Assembly: GCA_965199335.1 (NCBI GenBank)
Contig: CBDAQZ010000001.1
Coordinates: forward strand, 139,051-203,050
Reading direction: 5' to 3'
Length of the DNA stretch: 64,000 nucleotides
Source: Alphaproteobacteria bacterium
GTDB taxonomy: Bacteria > Pseudomonadota > Alphaproteobacteria > CALMVH01
In this document: one piece after another, positions 1-8,639 of the stretch
Numbering within the stretch: the stretch's first letter is position 1
Layout: every line of letters begins with the position of its first letter
Made by a program: the position numbers and the translations under genes
Notes under the pieces: generated by a model
Seen by the model: the letters and a program-made list of their open reading frames with translations, nothing else
The model's database searches: none
Told to the model about the DNA's origin: nothing

Positions 1-483
1 TATCTGCGCACCGGCAAGGCGATGGCCAAGCGCGAGGCTGAGATCGCGATCCGCTTCAAGCAGGCGCCCTTCACCATGTTCCCGGAACTGCCGGCCTCGC
101 AGCTGGCGCCGAACTATATCGTGCTGCACATCCAGCCGGACCAGGGAATCTCGATGGCGTTCAACGCCAAGGTGCCGGGGCCGACCGTGCAGATGGAAGG
201 CGTTTCCATGCGCTTCAATTACAAGGACTACTTCACCGAAAAGCCGGGCACCGGGTACGAGACGTTGCTGTACGATTGCATGGTAGGCGATGCCACCCTG
301 TTCCAGCGCGCCGACAACGTGGAGGCCGGCTGGCAGATGGTACAGCCGATCCTCGATCTATGGGAAAAGGAAAAGCAGACCGACTTCCCGAACTACAAGG
401 CGGGAAGCTGGGGCCCGAAGGCGTCCGACGACCTGTTGGCAAAGGATGGCAACTCATGGCGGACCAGCAATGAAACCGAATAA
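1..483 (+). CDS. zwf: Glucose-6-phosphate 1-dehydrogenase, C-terminal part (truncated by window start)
   Basis: Frame open from position 1 (YLRTGK), followed by IQPDQG, YETLLYDCMVGDATLFQRADNVE and YKAGSWGP, typical of the G6PDH C-terminal domain. Confidence 0.95.
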   Translation, partial: YLRTGKAMAKREAEIAIRFKQAPFTMFPELPASQLAPNYIVLHIQPDQGISMAFNAKVPGPTVQMEGVSMRFNYKDYFTEKPGTGYETLLYDCMVGDATLFQRADNVEAGWQMVQPILDLWEKEKQTDFPNYKAGSWGPKASDDLLAKDGNSWRTSNETE

Positions 484-1285
484 GCAGGACATCAAGCTGT
501 TCCTGGCCGATGTCGACGGCACGCTGGTGACGCACGACAAGATCCTGACCGAACGGGCGCAGAAGGCGGTGCACGACCTGAAGGCCAAGGGCATCATGTT
601 CGCCATCACCAGCGGTCGCCCGCCCAAGGGCATGAAGATGGTGATCGATCCGCTGAAGATCGAAACGCCGGTCGCGGGTTTCAATGGCGGGCTGTTTTCC
701 AATCCCGACCTGACGACGATCGAGGAGAACACCGTTCCCAACGACACGGCCAGGAAAGCGGCCGACATCATGCTGAAGGCCGGGCTGGATGTCTGGGTCT
801 ACAAGGGCGAGGATTGGTTCGTGCGCGACGTGAAGGCGCCGCATGTGGACCGCGAGAAATGGACCGTGAAGTTCGAACCGAAGGTGACGGACGACATCGA
901 AAGCCTGCTGGATGGCGCGGTGAAGATCGTCGGTTGCTCGGACGATCTCGACCTGGTCGCGAAGGTGGAGAAGCAGGTGCAGGACGCGGTGGGCGACCAG
1001 GCCAGCGCCGCACGCTCGCAGCCCTATTACCTCGATGTCACCAGCAGGGACGCCAACAAGGGCTTCGTGGTCGGTTACCTGGCGAAGAAATACGGCATCG
1101 ACCCCGGCGCCATCGCCACGATCGGCGACATGCCCAACGACGTGAACATGTTCAAGGTAAGCGGCCTGTCGATCGCCATGGGCAACGCTTCGGACGACGT
1201 CAAGAAGCAGGCCGACGTCACGACAGACTCGTATGAGGATGAAGGCTTCGCCAAGGCGGTCGAAAAATACCTGTTGAACAAGTAG
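470..1285 (+). CDS. Cof-type HAD-IIB family phosphatase
   Basis: DVDGTL motif I, TSGRP motif II, NKG and IGDMPND motifs; ATG at 470 overlaps the zwf end. Confidence 0.9.
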   Translation: MKPNKQDIKLFLADVDGTLVTHDKILTERAQKAVHDLKAKGIMFAITSGRPPKGMKMVIDPLKIETPVAGFNGGLFSNPDLTTIEENTVPNDTARKAADIMLKAGLDVWVYKGEDWFVRDVKAPHVDREKWTVKFEPKVTDDIESLLDGAVKIVGCSDDLDLVAKVEKQVQDAVGDQASAARSQPYYLDVTSRDANKGFVVGYLAKKYGIDPGAIATIGDMPNDVNMFKVSGLSIAMGNASDDVKKQADVTTDSYEDEGFAKAVEKYLLNK

Positions 1286-1293
1286 CGCCAAGC

Positions 1294-1968
1294 GTGACCG
1301 GCAAGCCCATCCTCGTCGCCCCTTCCATCCTGTCAGCCGATTTCGCGCGTCTGGGCGATGAAATCCGCGCGGTCGAGGCGGCAGGCGCCGACTTGATCCA
1401 TTTCGACGTGATGGATGGGCGCTTCGTGCCCAACATCACTATCGGGCCGCCGGTGTTGCAGTCGATCCGCAGGGTGACAAACCTGCCGATCGACGTGCAT
1501 CTGATGATCGTCGAGCCCGAACGCTACATCGCCGATTTCGCCAGGGCGGGCGCGGATCATATATTGGTGCAGGTCGAGCCTGCCTCGACCACGCATCTGC
1601 ACCGCACGCTGGGCATGATCCGTGAGCTGGGCAAGAAGGCGGGCGCGGTGCTGAACCCGGCGACTCCTCCGGAGGTTCTGGACTACGTGCTGCCCCTTTG
1701 CGACATCGTGCTGGTGATGACCGTCAACCCCGGCTTCGGCGGGCAGAGCTTCCTGCCCGAGACGCTGCCTAAGATCCGCGCCATCGCGCAGATGATCGAA
1801 CAGCGGCGGCTGGAGTGCCGGATCGAGGTCGATGGCGGCCAGACGCCGGCAAATGCCTGGCAAACGATCGAAGCTGGCGCGACCATGATCGTCGCTGGCT
1901 CATCGGTGTTTCATTCGAAGGATTATGCCGCCGCGATCGACGGCATTCGCAACAGCAGGAAACCGTGA
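1294..1968 (+). CDS. rpe: Ribulose-phosphate 3-epimerase
   Basis: APSILSADF, HFDVMDGRFVPNIT, DVHLMI, MTVNPGFGGQ and EVDGG motifs. Confidence 0.97.
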   Translation: MTGKPILVAPSILSADFARLGDEIRAVEAAGADLIHFDVMDGRFVPNITIGPPVLQSIRRVTNLPIDVHLMIVEPERYIADFARAGADHILVQVEPASTTHLHRTLGMIRELGKKAGAVLNPATPPEVLDYVLPLCDIVLVMTVNPGFGGQSFLPETLPKIRAIAQMIEQRRLECRIEVDGGQTPANAWQTIEAGATMIVAGSSVFHSKDYAAAIDGIRNSRKP

Positions 1969-1969
1969 C

Positions 1970-2743
1970 ATGGCTGGATTGAAGGGTGCCGACAGGCAAG
2001 TCGTAAAGGATGCCGAGGCGCTGGCCGTGTTCGCCGCGAAATGGGTGACGGCGACGGCGCTGGAAACGCCCGGCACGGTGACCATCAGCCTGTCCGGTGG
2101 ATCGACGCCCAAGCGGCTCTACGAGCTGCTGGCGACGACGCACCTGATCGACTTCCCGTGGAACCGCGTCCACTGGTTCTGGGGCGACGAACGTTATGTC
2201 GGGCCCGAGGACGAGAAGAGCAATTACCACATGACCAACCTGGCGATGCTGTCGAAGGCGCCGATCCCGCCCGGCCATGTGCACCGCGTGCTGACCGAAT
2301 CCGAAACCGTGGAGATCGCCGCCGACCGCTACCAGTCGAACCTGCAGCGCCATTACGGCGCGCGTGTCCTGGACCCGGTGCGGCCGCTGTTCGACATCAT
2401 GCTGCTGGGCCTGGGCGAGGACGCGCACACCGCCTCGCTGTTCCCCGGCAACAAGGCATTGAAGGAAAGGGAAGCATGGGTCGTATCGGTGCCCGACGGC
2501 ACGCCGCCGCCGCGCATCACGCTGACCTTTCCCGCGCTGAACAGCAGCCGCCACACCGTCTTCCTGGTAGCCGGCGAAGCCAAACGCACGCCGCTGGAGC
2601 GCGTCTGGAAAGGCGACCCGTCCGCCCCTTCCGCCCATATCGCGCCGACCGGGCAGCTGCATCTGTTTGTCGATGAGGCGGCGATCGCAACCCTCTCCCC
2701 GATGGGAGAGGGAGGGGCCCGTCGCGTGGCGACGGGAGGGTGA
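1970..2743 (+). CDS. pgl: 6-phosphogluconolactonase; C-terminal tail and stop codon lie within a repeat arm
   Basis: LSGGSTP, FWGDERYV, SNY, LLGLGEDAHTASLFP and RITLT motifs. Confidence 0.95.
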   Translation: MAGLKGADRQVVKDAEALAVFAAKWVTATALETPGTVTISLSGGSTPKRLYELLATTHLIDFPWNRVHWFWGDERYVGPEDEKSNYHMTNLAMLSKAPIPPGHVHRVLTESETVEIAADRYQSNLQRHYGARVLDPVRPLFDIMLLGLGEDAHTASLFPGNKALKEREAWVVSVPDGTPPPRITLTFPALNSSRHTVFLVAGEAKRTPLERVWKGDPSAPSAHIAPTGQLHLFVDEAAIATLSPMGEGGARRVATGG

Positions 2744-2746
2744 GGG
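2690..2746 (+). repeat. Palindromic arm (two hairpins plus GGGTGAGGG), left end of element 1
   Basis: CCCTCTCCC-CGAT-GGGAGAGGG and CCCGTCGC-GTG-GCGACGGG stems read directly. Confidence 0.9.
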
Positions 2747-2753
2747 AAGCCGC

Positions 2754-3146
2754 ATGATGCCGATCGTGCAGGCAAGAACTTTGCGAAAGGAAATGACGCA
2801 AGCGGAGCGAAAGCTCTGGAAGCTTCTGCGTAGCAAGGTATTGGGAAACTGGAAATTTCGCAGGCAGCATCCTATCGGTCAGTACATCGCGGATTTTGTT
2901 TGTGTGCAGGCAAGGCTGATTGTCGAAGTCGATGGCGGGCAGCATAGTCAGAATTCTTATGATGCTGAACGTACCGCCTGGCTGGAGTCTTGCGGTTGGA
3001 ACGTATTGCGTTTCTGGAATAATGAAGTGATGCAAAATGCCGACGGTGTTATTGAAACGATCGGACTGCATTTGAATTCACCCTCACCCTCCCGCTCCTA
3101 CGGAACGGGTCCCTCCCTCTCCCATCGGGAGAGGGTCTCGAAATGA
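2754..3146 (+). CDS. DUF559 / Vsr-like endonuclease domain protein
   Basis: ARxLRxxMTxAE...LW, KFRRQHPIGxYIADF, LIVEVDGGQH, DxxRTxWL, GWxVLRFWN family motifs; GAGGG SD at 2742-2746; visibly lower GC than flanks. Confidence 0.9.
   Translation: MMPIVQARTLRKEMTQAERKLWKLLRSKVLGNWKFRRQHPIGQYIADFVCVQARLIVEVDGGQHSQNSYDAERTAWLESCGWNVLRFWNNEVMQNADGVIETIGLHLNSPSPSRSYGTGPSLSHRERVSK
3081..3136 (-). repeat. Palindromic arm, right end of element 1 (inverted relative to left arm)
   Basis: CCCTCACCC...CCCGCTCC-TAC-GGAACGGG...CCCTCTCCC-ATC-GGGAGAGGGT. Confidence 0.9.
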
Positions 3147-3832
3147 CCCAGGACGAAGCCAAGCAGGCGGCTGCCGAAGCCGCGTTGAAAGAGGTGCATG
3201 ACGGCATGGTGGTCGGGCTGGGCACCGGTAGTACGGCCAAGGTGTTCGTGGCGGCGCTGATCGAGCGCGTCAAGCGCGAGAATTTGAAGCTGCTGGGCAT
3301 CCCCACCTCCGAGGCGACGGCGCATCAGGCGGAGGCGGGCGGGATTCCGCTGACCGATTTCGCGCGCAATCCGACCATCGACGTGACCTTCGACGGCGCC
3401 GATATCGTCGACCTGAAAAGCTTCGCCATGCTCAAGGGCCTCGGCGGCGCATTGCTGCGCGAGAAGATCGTGGCGCAGGCCAGCAAGCGGCTGGTCATCA
3501 TGGTCGACCCGTCAAAGGTGCCGGCGCAGTTCGGGGGCATCGTACCGGTCGAGATCGTGCGCTTCGGGTTCGAGGCGACCCTGGGCCGGTTGCAGCAGAT
3601 AGCGCCGCTGAAACTGCGTCCGGAAAAAGAGTCGGACCGCACATTCGTAACGGATAACGGGAACTATATCGCCGATCTGGACCTTCCCATCATCGACGAC
3701 CCGCAGGCGCTCCAGACGCGCCTGAAATCCATCGCGGGTGTGGTCGAAACGGGATTGTTCATCGGCATGGCGCACACCATCATCATCGGCAGCGAGCAGG
3801 GAGCACAGGTGCTGGTTCGCCCGGCATCCTGA
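3143..3832 (+). CDS. rpiA: Ribose-5-phosphate isomerase A
   Basis: VGLGTGST, DGAD, KGLGGALLREKIVA, TDNGNYI and GVVETGLF motifs. Confidence 0.96.
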   Translation: MTQDEAKQAAAEAALKEVHDGMVVGLGTGSTAKVFVAALIERVKRENLKLLGIPTSEATAHQAEAGGIPLTDFARNPTIDVTFDGADIVDLKSFAMLKGLGGALLREKIVAQASKRLVIMVDPSKVPAQFGGIVPVEIVRFGFEATLGRLQQIAPLKLRPEKESDRTFVTDNGNYIADLDLPIIDDPQALQTRLKSIAGVVETGLFIGMAHTIIIGSEQGAQVLVRPAS

Positions 3833-3840
3833 TCGCCGAT

Positions 3841-6800
3841 TTGAAACACCATCTCAGCCGCAAGCTGCTGCTGGAGCTGATAAGCCTGGCCGTCGTGTCG
3901 CTGGTCATCATGGCCGGCTTCGTGTTCTGGCGGCTATCGCGCGGACCGGTCAGCGTCGATTTCCTGCGGCCCGTGGTGCAGGCGCAGTTCCATGACCGGA
4001 CCGACATGCACCTGTCCGTCGCGCATCTGCGCATCGACGCCCAGACATGGGATGCGCCGGTCACGGTCAGGATGGAAGACGTCGATATCAAAAATGAAAA
4101 AAAGGCGAAGCTGCTGTCCATCGCAGTGGCGCAGATATCCGTTTCACGCCGCGGCCTGTTCACCGGCAGCATCCATCCCGTCGCGTTCGATCTCGACAAG
4201 CCTGCCTTCCTGCTCGACAACGCGCCGCCTGAACCGGCGCAGGCGAAGGGTGGCGGGCCCAAGCCAGACAGCGACACCAACCTCAGGCGCGCCCACGATA
4301 TTCTGGACGAGCTGGTCGACCCGAAACCGTTCAGTCGCTTTTCCGGCTGGGATCACTTGTCCGTCGGCGGCGGGTCGATTGCGTTGCAGCAGCCGTCGGG
4401 CCAGTTGATGCTTGTATCGGATCTGGCCGCACGGCTCGACCGTACGGCGGTGGGGCTGAAAGGGCAGTTGCACGGTGTACCCGTCGGGCAGGCGCAGGGT
4501 GAACTGATCGGCGCCATCGAATTGAATCGGGGTGAAAAGGGCAGTGTGTCCTTCCACAGCAGCGCGATCCCGCTCTCCGCTTTCGGCCTGCTGCCATCGC
4601 TGGCCGATCTGCAAAAGGATACCGTACCGGTCGAGGCGACGCTGGCCGCCACTTTCGGCGGCGTGGAACTTGCCGATGCGCGGCTGGACGTGATCCTGGG
4701 CAAGGGCCAGATCGTCTACCAGCCGACGATACCGCAGCCGGTTGATATCGCGGGTGGCAAGGCGCAGCTACTCTATCAGGCAAATCCCGAACATGCCGAA
4801 CTGCACGGCCTAGAACTGGATCTGGGCGGCCCGCATCTAACGGCGGAAGGCAAAGCCGACACCAAAGGCGGCGTGATGACCGCTGCGATCGATGCTGCCG
4901 TGTATGCGCTGAAGCTCGACGATTTCCCGCGTTACTGGCCCCAGGATGTTTCGCGCGGCGGCCGCAGATGGGTACTGTCGAACCTGTCCAAGGGAGTTGT
5001 GCAGAAAGCGACAATCCATGCCGAGGCGACCGCGCCGCGTAAAGATCCCGCCATGCTGGACATCGCCGCCGCCACCGGCACGATCGCCGTCAGCGGCGCC
5101 AATATTCATTATTTCGGTGAACTACCGCCGGTCCAGGATGCGAATGCCGATATCGTCTACGATACGAAATCGATGACCATCGCCATGACCGGTGGCCACG
5201 CCAAGGATTTCGCGATCAAGGACGGCACCATAGTCCTGAGCGGGTTCGACGCGCCCGACCAGGCGATCACCATCGATCTCGATCTGGCAGGACCGGTGGC
5301 AAGCGCGCTCGACATCATCAACCAGCCGCCGCTTGGCTATGCCAGCAAGGTGCAGATCGTGCCCGGCAACGTCGGCGGCACGGCTGAGACGCATCTCAAG
5401 ATGGCGTTCCCGTTGCTGGACTCCCTCAAGGTCGACGATCTGGGACTGGTATCGCGATCGCTGCTGCACGACGTATTGATCCCGAACGCGATCGGGCACA
5501 TGACGGCAAGCTCCATCAACGGCATGCTGTATGCCGGAATGAAGGGAATGGAGCTGACGGGCAGGGCCTCGCTGCTGGATATACCGGCTGCGATCGACTA
5601 CCGGCAGGATTTCGCAAAGAACGGCCCCAGCATCGCCACCTTCAGCGGCAGCCTGGATGGCCGCCAGCGCGACGAGCTGGGAATCGATTTCCCCGACCGG
5701 CTCAAGGGACCTGTCAACCTGTCCGGCAAATACAGTTCGCAGGGCAAGGACGGCACGGTCGACATCGATGTCGACATGACCCCGGCGGATTTCAACATCG
5801 ACGAGATCGCGTACCAGAAGCCGCCGGGTAAGCCGGGCAGCGCGAAGCTGGGTATCAAGCTGGCAGGCGGCGCGATCACCGCCATCGACCCGATCGCCGT
5901 CGAGGCTCCCGGGTTCTCCGCCGGCGGCTCCGCCGGCTTCGACCCCGATACGAACAAGCTGTCGAGCCTGACGCTCGACCATCTGCGCGCCGATGAAACC
6001 GACATGACAATCACTATGGCGCCGATGCCGGAAGGCGGATCGAAGATCGACCTGACGGGCAGTGAATTCGATGCACGCAAGTTCCTGCACAAGCGCCGTG
6101 AGAAGAAGACCACGACAGCTGCCGAAACCACGCCGCCCGTGCCGCTGGAGGTCGATGTGGACCTGGCGACTGTCAGGACATCGGATACCAAAACGCTGGC
6201 CAAGGTAAAGGGGCAGCTGGTGCTGATGGGCCGCAAATGGCATAGGGCCGATTTCAGTGCCACGGCCGATGGCAAGGATATCCTGCTTTCCTACCTGCCG
6301 GATTCGAACGACGCCAATCCGTCCTATACGTTGCGCGCCAGTGCCAGCGATGCCGGGGCGGCGTTCGCCGGCTTCGCGCTGACCGATTCCATCAAGGGCG
6401 GCATAATGACGATCGACGGCAAGAAGGCGGCTGCGACCGAGCAGCAGCCCGATCCGCCGCTGGCAGGCACGCTGGCGCTGACCGATTTCAGCCTGATCAA
6501 CCCGCCCGGGTTCGCGCGGCTTTTCAACCTGCTGTCGGTCAGCGGCTTCGGTGACGCCGTGGCCAGTTCGGACATATTGTTCGATTCGCTGAAGGGCAAA
6601 TTCGAGATCGACGATGCCGAGCTGCGGGTCAGCGACGGAAAGCTGGTAGGCAGCGCGATCGGCCTGACCATCGCCGGCACCGCCGACCGAGACGCGGGAA
6701 CCCTGGACCTTCATGGTACCGCCGTGCCGGCCTATGGTGCCAACCGCATCATCAACAAGATACCGGTGCTGGGTCCCTTGCTGACCGGGGGGGACGGGCA

Positions 6801-6948
6801 GGGCGTGTTCGCCGCCAGCTACAGCATCACCGGCCCCTACGAGAAACCCGACGTCTCGATCAACCCGCTATCGGTGTTCGCGCCCGGCGTGCTGCGCGAC
6901 CTGCTGTTCACGCCATCCGACCCGGAGATGGGGGCGCCGGCTAAATAG
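3841..6948 (+). CDS. YhdP/AsmA-like (DUF3971 plus AsmA_2) envelope protein
   Basis: 1035 aa with N-terminal TM anchor (WRLSRGPVS), YWP...RRWV motif, and C-terminal GTAVPAY-x-N..IPVLGPLL-GG..GVFAASY.I.GP...P.VSINPLS..APG signature. Confidence 0.85.
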   Translation: MKHHLSRKLLLELISLAVVSLVIMAGFVFWRLSRGPVSVDFLRPVVQAQFHDRTDMHLSVAHLRIDAQTWDAPVTVRMEDVDIKNEKKAKLLSIAVAQISVSRRGLFTGSIHPVAFDLDKPAFLLDNAPPEPAQAKGGGPKPDSDTNLRRAHDILDELVDPKPFSRFSGWDHLSVGGGSIALQQPSGQLMLVSDLAARLDRTAVGLKGQLHGVPVGQAQGELIGAIELNRGEKGSVSFHSSAIPLSAFGLLPSLADLQKDTVPVEATLAATFGGVELADARLDVILGKGQIVYQPTIPQPVDIAGGKAQLLYQANPEHAELHGLELDLGGPHLTAEGKADTKGGVMTAAIDAAVYALKLDDFPRYWPQDVSRGGRRWVLSNLSKGVVQKATIHAEATAPRKDPAMLDIAAATGTIAVSGANIHYFGELPPVQDANADIVYDTKSMTIAMTGGHAKDFAIKDGTIVLSGFDAPDQAITIDLDLAGPVASALDIINQPPLGYASKVQIVPGNVGGTAETHLKMAFPLLDSLKVDDLGLVSRSLLHDVLIPNAIGHMTASSINGMLYAGMKGMELTGRASLLDIPAAIDYRQDFAKNGPSIATFSGSLDGRQRDELGIDFPDRLKGPVNLSGKYSSQGKDGTVDIDVDMTPADFNIDEIAYQKPPGKPGSAKLGIKLAGGAITAIDPIAVEAPGFSAGGSAGFDPDTNKLSSLTLDHLRADETDMTITMAPMPEGGSKIDLTGSEFDARKFLHKRREKKTTTAAETTPPVPLEVDVDLATVRTSDTKTLAKVKGQLVLMGRKWHRADFSATADGKDILLSYLPDSNDANPSYTLRASASDAGAAFAGFALTDSIKGGIMTIDGKKAAATEQQPDPPLAGTLALTDFSLINPPGFARLFNLLSVSGFGDAVASSDILFDSLKGKFEIDDAELRVSDGKLVGSAIGLTIAGTADRDAGTLDLHGTAVPAYGANRIINKIPVLGPLLTGGDGQGVFAASYSITGPYEKPDVSINPLSVFAPGVLRDLLFTPSDPEMGAPAK

Positions 6949-6980
6949 ACCTCTCCCATGGGGAGAGGTCTATTTAGCCG
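6938..6980. repeat. Perfect 20-bp-stem palindrome (solo terminal hairpin of the repeat family), probable bidirectional terminator
   Basis: CGGCTAAATAGACCTCTCCC-ATG-GGGAGAGGTCTATTTAGCCG between convergent genes. Confidence 0.85.
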
Positions 6981-7677
6981 ATTCCGCCAACCGTCGCACC
7001 GCCTCCGCCACCAAGACTCTCCGCTTCTCGACCATCGGCGCGTTTCTTTCGCGCAGGCGATTCACAAGCGCCGGATCGGCGATGCGCGGCGAGCCGCAGG
7101 GGAAGGGCGGTTGCGGATCGTATTCCACGAAGAGCTGGATTTCCTCGGCAACGGCACGGCCATGCAGTTCGGCCGCGATGGTCAGGGCGACATCGATGCC
7201 GGCGGTTACGCCGCCGCCCGTGATGCGGTTGCGATCTGTTACCGTACGCTCGTGTATGGGAACGGCGCCGAAGGCAGGCAGGAAATCCATCGCCAGCCAA
7301 TGCGTCGCAGCCCTGTAGCCATCCAGCAGGCCGGCTGCGCCAAGCAACAGCGCGCCGGTGCACACGGCGGTGACATAGCGCGCCCCGGCGGCCTGTTCGC
7401 TCAGGAACGACATCAGCTGTTCGTTACCCAGATTATCGTCGACGCCTGGCGAACCGCCGGGCACGAACAGGATGTCGGAGCGCGGCGCGGTGGCGAAGGT
7501 CGTATCGGGCAGCAGCGTCAGCCCATGCTGAGTACGAACCGGAGCTAGCGTTTCGGCAATCAGGGTGATCGTCGTACCCGGCATGCGTGCGAAGATTTCG
7601 TACGGGCCGGTAAAATCCAGCTGCGTCATGCCGGCGAACATGACCATGCCGATGATAGTTTTTTCGGGTGCGCTCAT
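6970..7677 (-). CDS. DJ-1/PfpI family protein (isonitrile hydratase-like)
   Basis: LDFTGPYE, DILFVPGG, VCTGALLLGAAGLL, THW, GGGVTAGID and EYDPQPPF motifs. Confidence 0.92.
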   Translation of the reverse strand: MSAPEKTIIGMVMFAGMTQLDFTGPYEIFARMPGTTITLIAETLAPVRTQHGLTLLPDTTFATAPRSDILFVPGGSPGVDDNLGNEQLMSFLSEQAAGARYVTAVCTGALLLGAAGLLDGYRAATHWLAMDFLPAFGAVPIHERTVTDRNRITGGGVTAGIDVALTIAAELHGRAVAEEIQLFVEYDPQPPFPCGSPRIADPALVNRLRERNAPMVEKRRVLVAEAVRRLAESAK

Positions 7678-7691
7678 AACGCGATCCTATC

Positions 7692-7814
7692 ACCTCTCCC
7701 TGTGGGAGAGGTCAGCCATTTCGCAAGAAATGGATGGGTGAGGGGCTAACGGATGGTTCGGCGAGCCCCTCACCCGCCCGGCTATGCCATTCGACCTCTC
7801 CCACGGGGAGAGGT
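7692..7814. repeat. Gene-less MITE/REPIN-like copy: two inward-facing arms around a 16-bp spacer
   Basis: ACCTCTCCC-TGT-GGGAGAGGT..CCATTTC-GCAA-GAAATGG..GGGTGAGGGGCT [16 bp] AGCCCCTCACCC..ACCTCTCCC-ACG-GGGAGAGGT. Confidence 0.85.
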
Positions 7815-7830
7815 CATTTTAGGCATCTAT

Positions 7831-8226
7831 TTACGAGCTGCAGCAGCCGCCGGCGTTTGATTCGCCAGACTTCTCGGCGGTGCTGAAGCTTTCGCCGCAG
7901 CCGCAGCCACCGGTCTTGTTCGGGTTCTCGAACACGAACGACTGCTCGTACTCGTTAGACTTGAAGTCCAGTTCCGAGCCGATGATGTACATGATCGCGC
8001 TGGGCTCGATGAACAGCTTTACGCCCTGGTCCTCCACCACTTCCTCGTCCTCGCGCTGGGTCTTGGCGAATTCCATCGCGTAGGCGAGGCCGGAGCAGCC
8101 CTTGGAACGGACGCCGACGCGCAGGCCGATCGCATCGGGGGCCTGGGCGGCCATAAGCGTCTTGATCTGTTCCGCGGCGGCAGGGGTCAGGGTCAGGGCC
8201 TTCGGGGCAGGTGAGCGCATATCCAT
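7831..8226 (-). CDS. sufA: A-type Fe-S carrier (IscA/SufA/HesB)
   Basis: GCSGLAY and NPN...CGCGESF motifs; GAGGAG SD upstream of ATG 8226. Confidence 0.92.
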   Translation of the reverse strand: MDMRSPAPKALTLTPAAAEQIKTLMAAQAPDAIGLRVGVRSKGCSGLAYAMEFAKTQREDEEVVEDQGVKLFIEPSAIMYIIGSELDFKSNEYEQSFVFENPNKTGGCGCGESFSTAEKSGESNAGGCCSS

Positions 8227-8237
8227 GGTTCTTCTCC

Positions 8238-8639
8238 TCAGTACATGTTCAGTTGCAATTTGGCGGTATCGGCCATACGAGCGGGATTCCACTCCGGGTC
8301 CCATACCAGTTCGACTTCCACGTTGCCGATGCCATCGGCGGCAGCGACGGCGTCGCGCACCATTCCGGGCATTTCGCCTGCTACCGGGCAGCCCGGCGCG
8401 GTCAGCGACATCGTTATACTTATATCAGACACCGCAGGGTCCGTCTCGGTTCCCGTGATGTCTACAGTGTATATAAGACCGAGTTCGTAAATGTTAACCG
8501 GTATCTCCGGGTCATAGACGGTCCGCATCGCCTTCGCGACCGCTGGCCAGGCCGGGTGATCCCGTGGCGCCACGACCTGCGGCGGCTCGGCCTCGGGCAT
8601 GTCGTCGATCGGGGCTGCGGTGGTTTCCTGGTTTTCCAT
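8238..8639 (-). CDS. sufT: SufT / DUF59 Fe-S assembly protein
   Basis: VYDPEIPVNIYELGLIY, MSLTAPGCPVAG and LVWDPEW motifs. Confidence 0.92.
   Translation of the reverse strand: MENQETTAAPIDDMPEAEPPQVVAPRDHPAWPAVAKAMRTVYDPEIPVNIYELGLIYTVDITGTETDPAVSDISITMSLTAPGCPVAGEMPGMVRDAVAAADGIGNVEVELVWDPEWNPARMADTAKLQLNMY

Larger units (their letters stand above)
2690..3136 (+). mobile_element. Putative DUF559 endonuclease cassette bounded by about 56-bp inverted palindromic arms (element 1)
   Basis: Left arm 2690-2746 ACCCTCTCCCCGATGGGAGAGGGAGGGGCCCGTCGCGTGGCGACGGGAGGGTGAGGG; the reverse complement of right arm 3081-3136 is ACCCTCTCCCGATGGGAGAGGGAGGGACCCGTTCCGTAGGAGCGGGAGGGTGAGGG; inserted between pgl and rpiA. 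Mobility is inferred. Confidence 0.7.
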
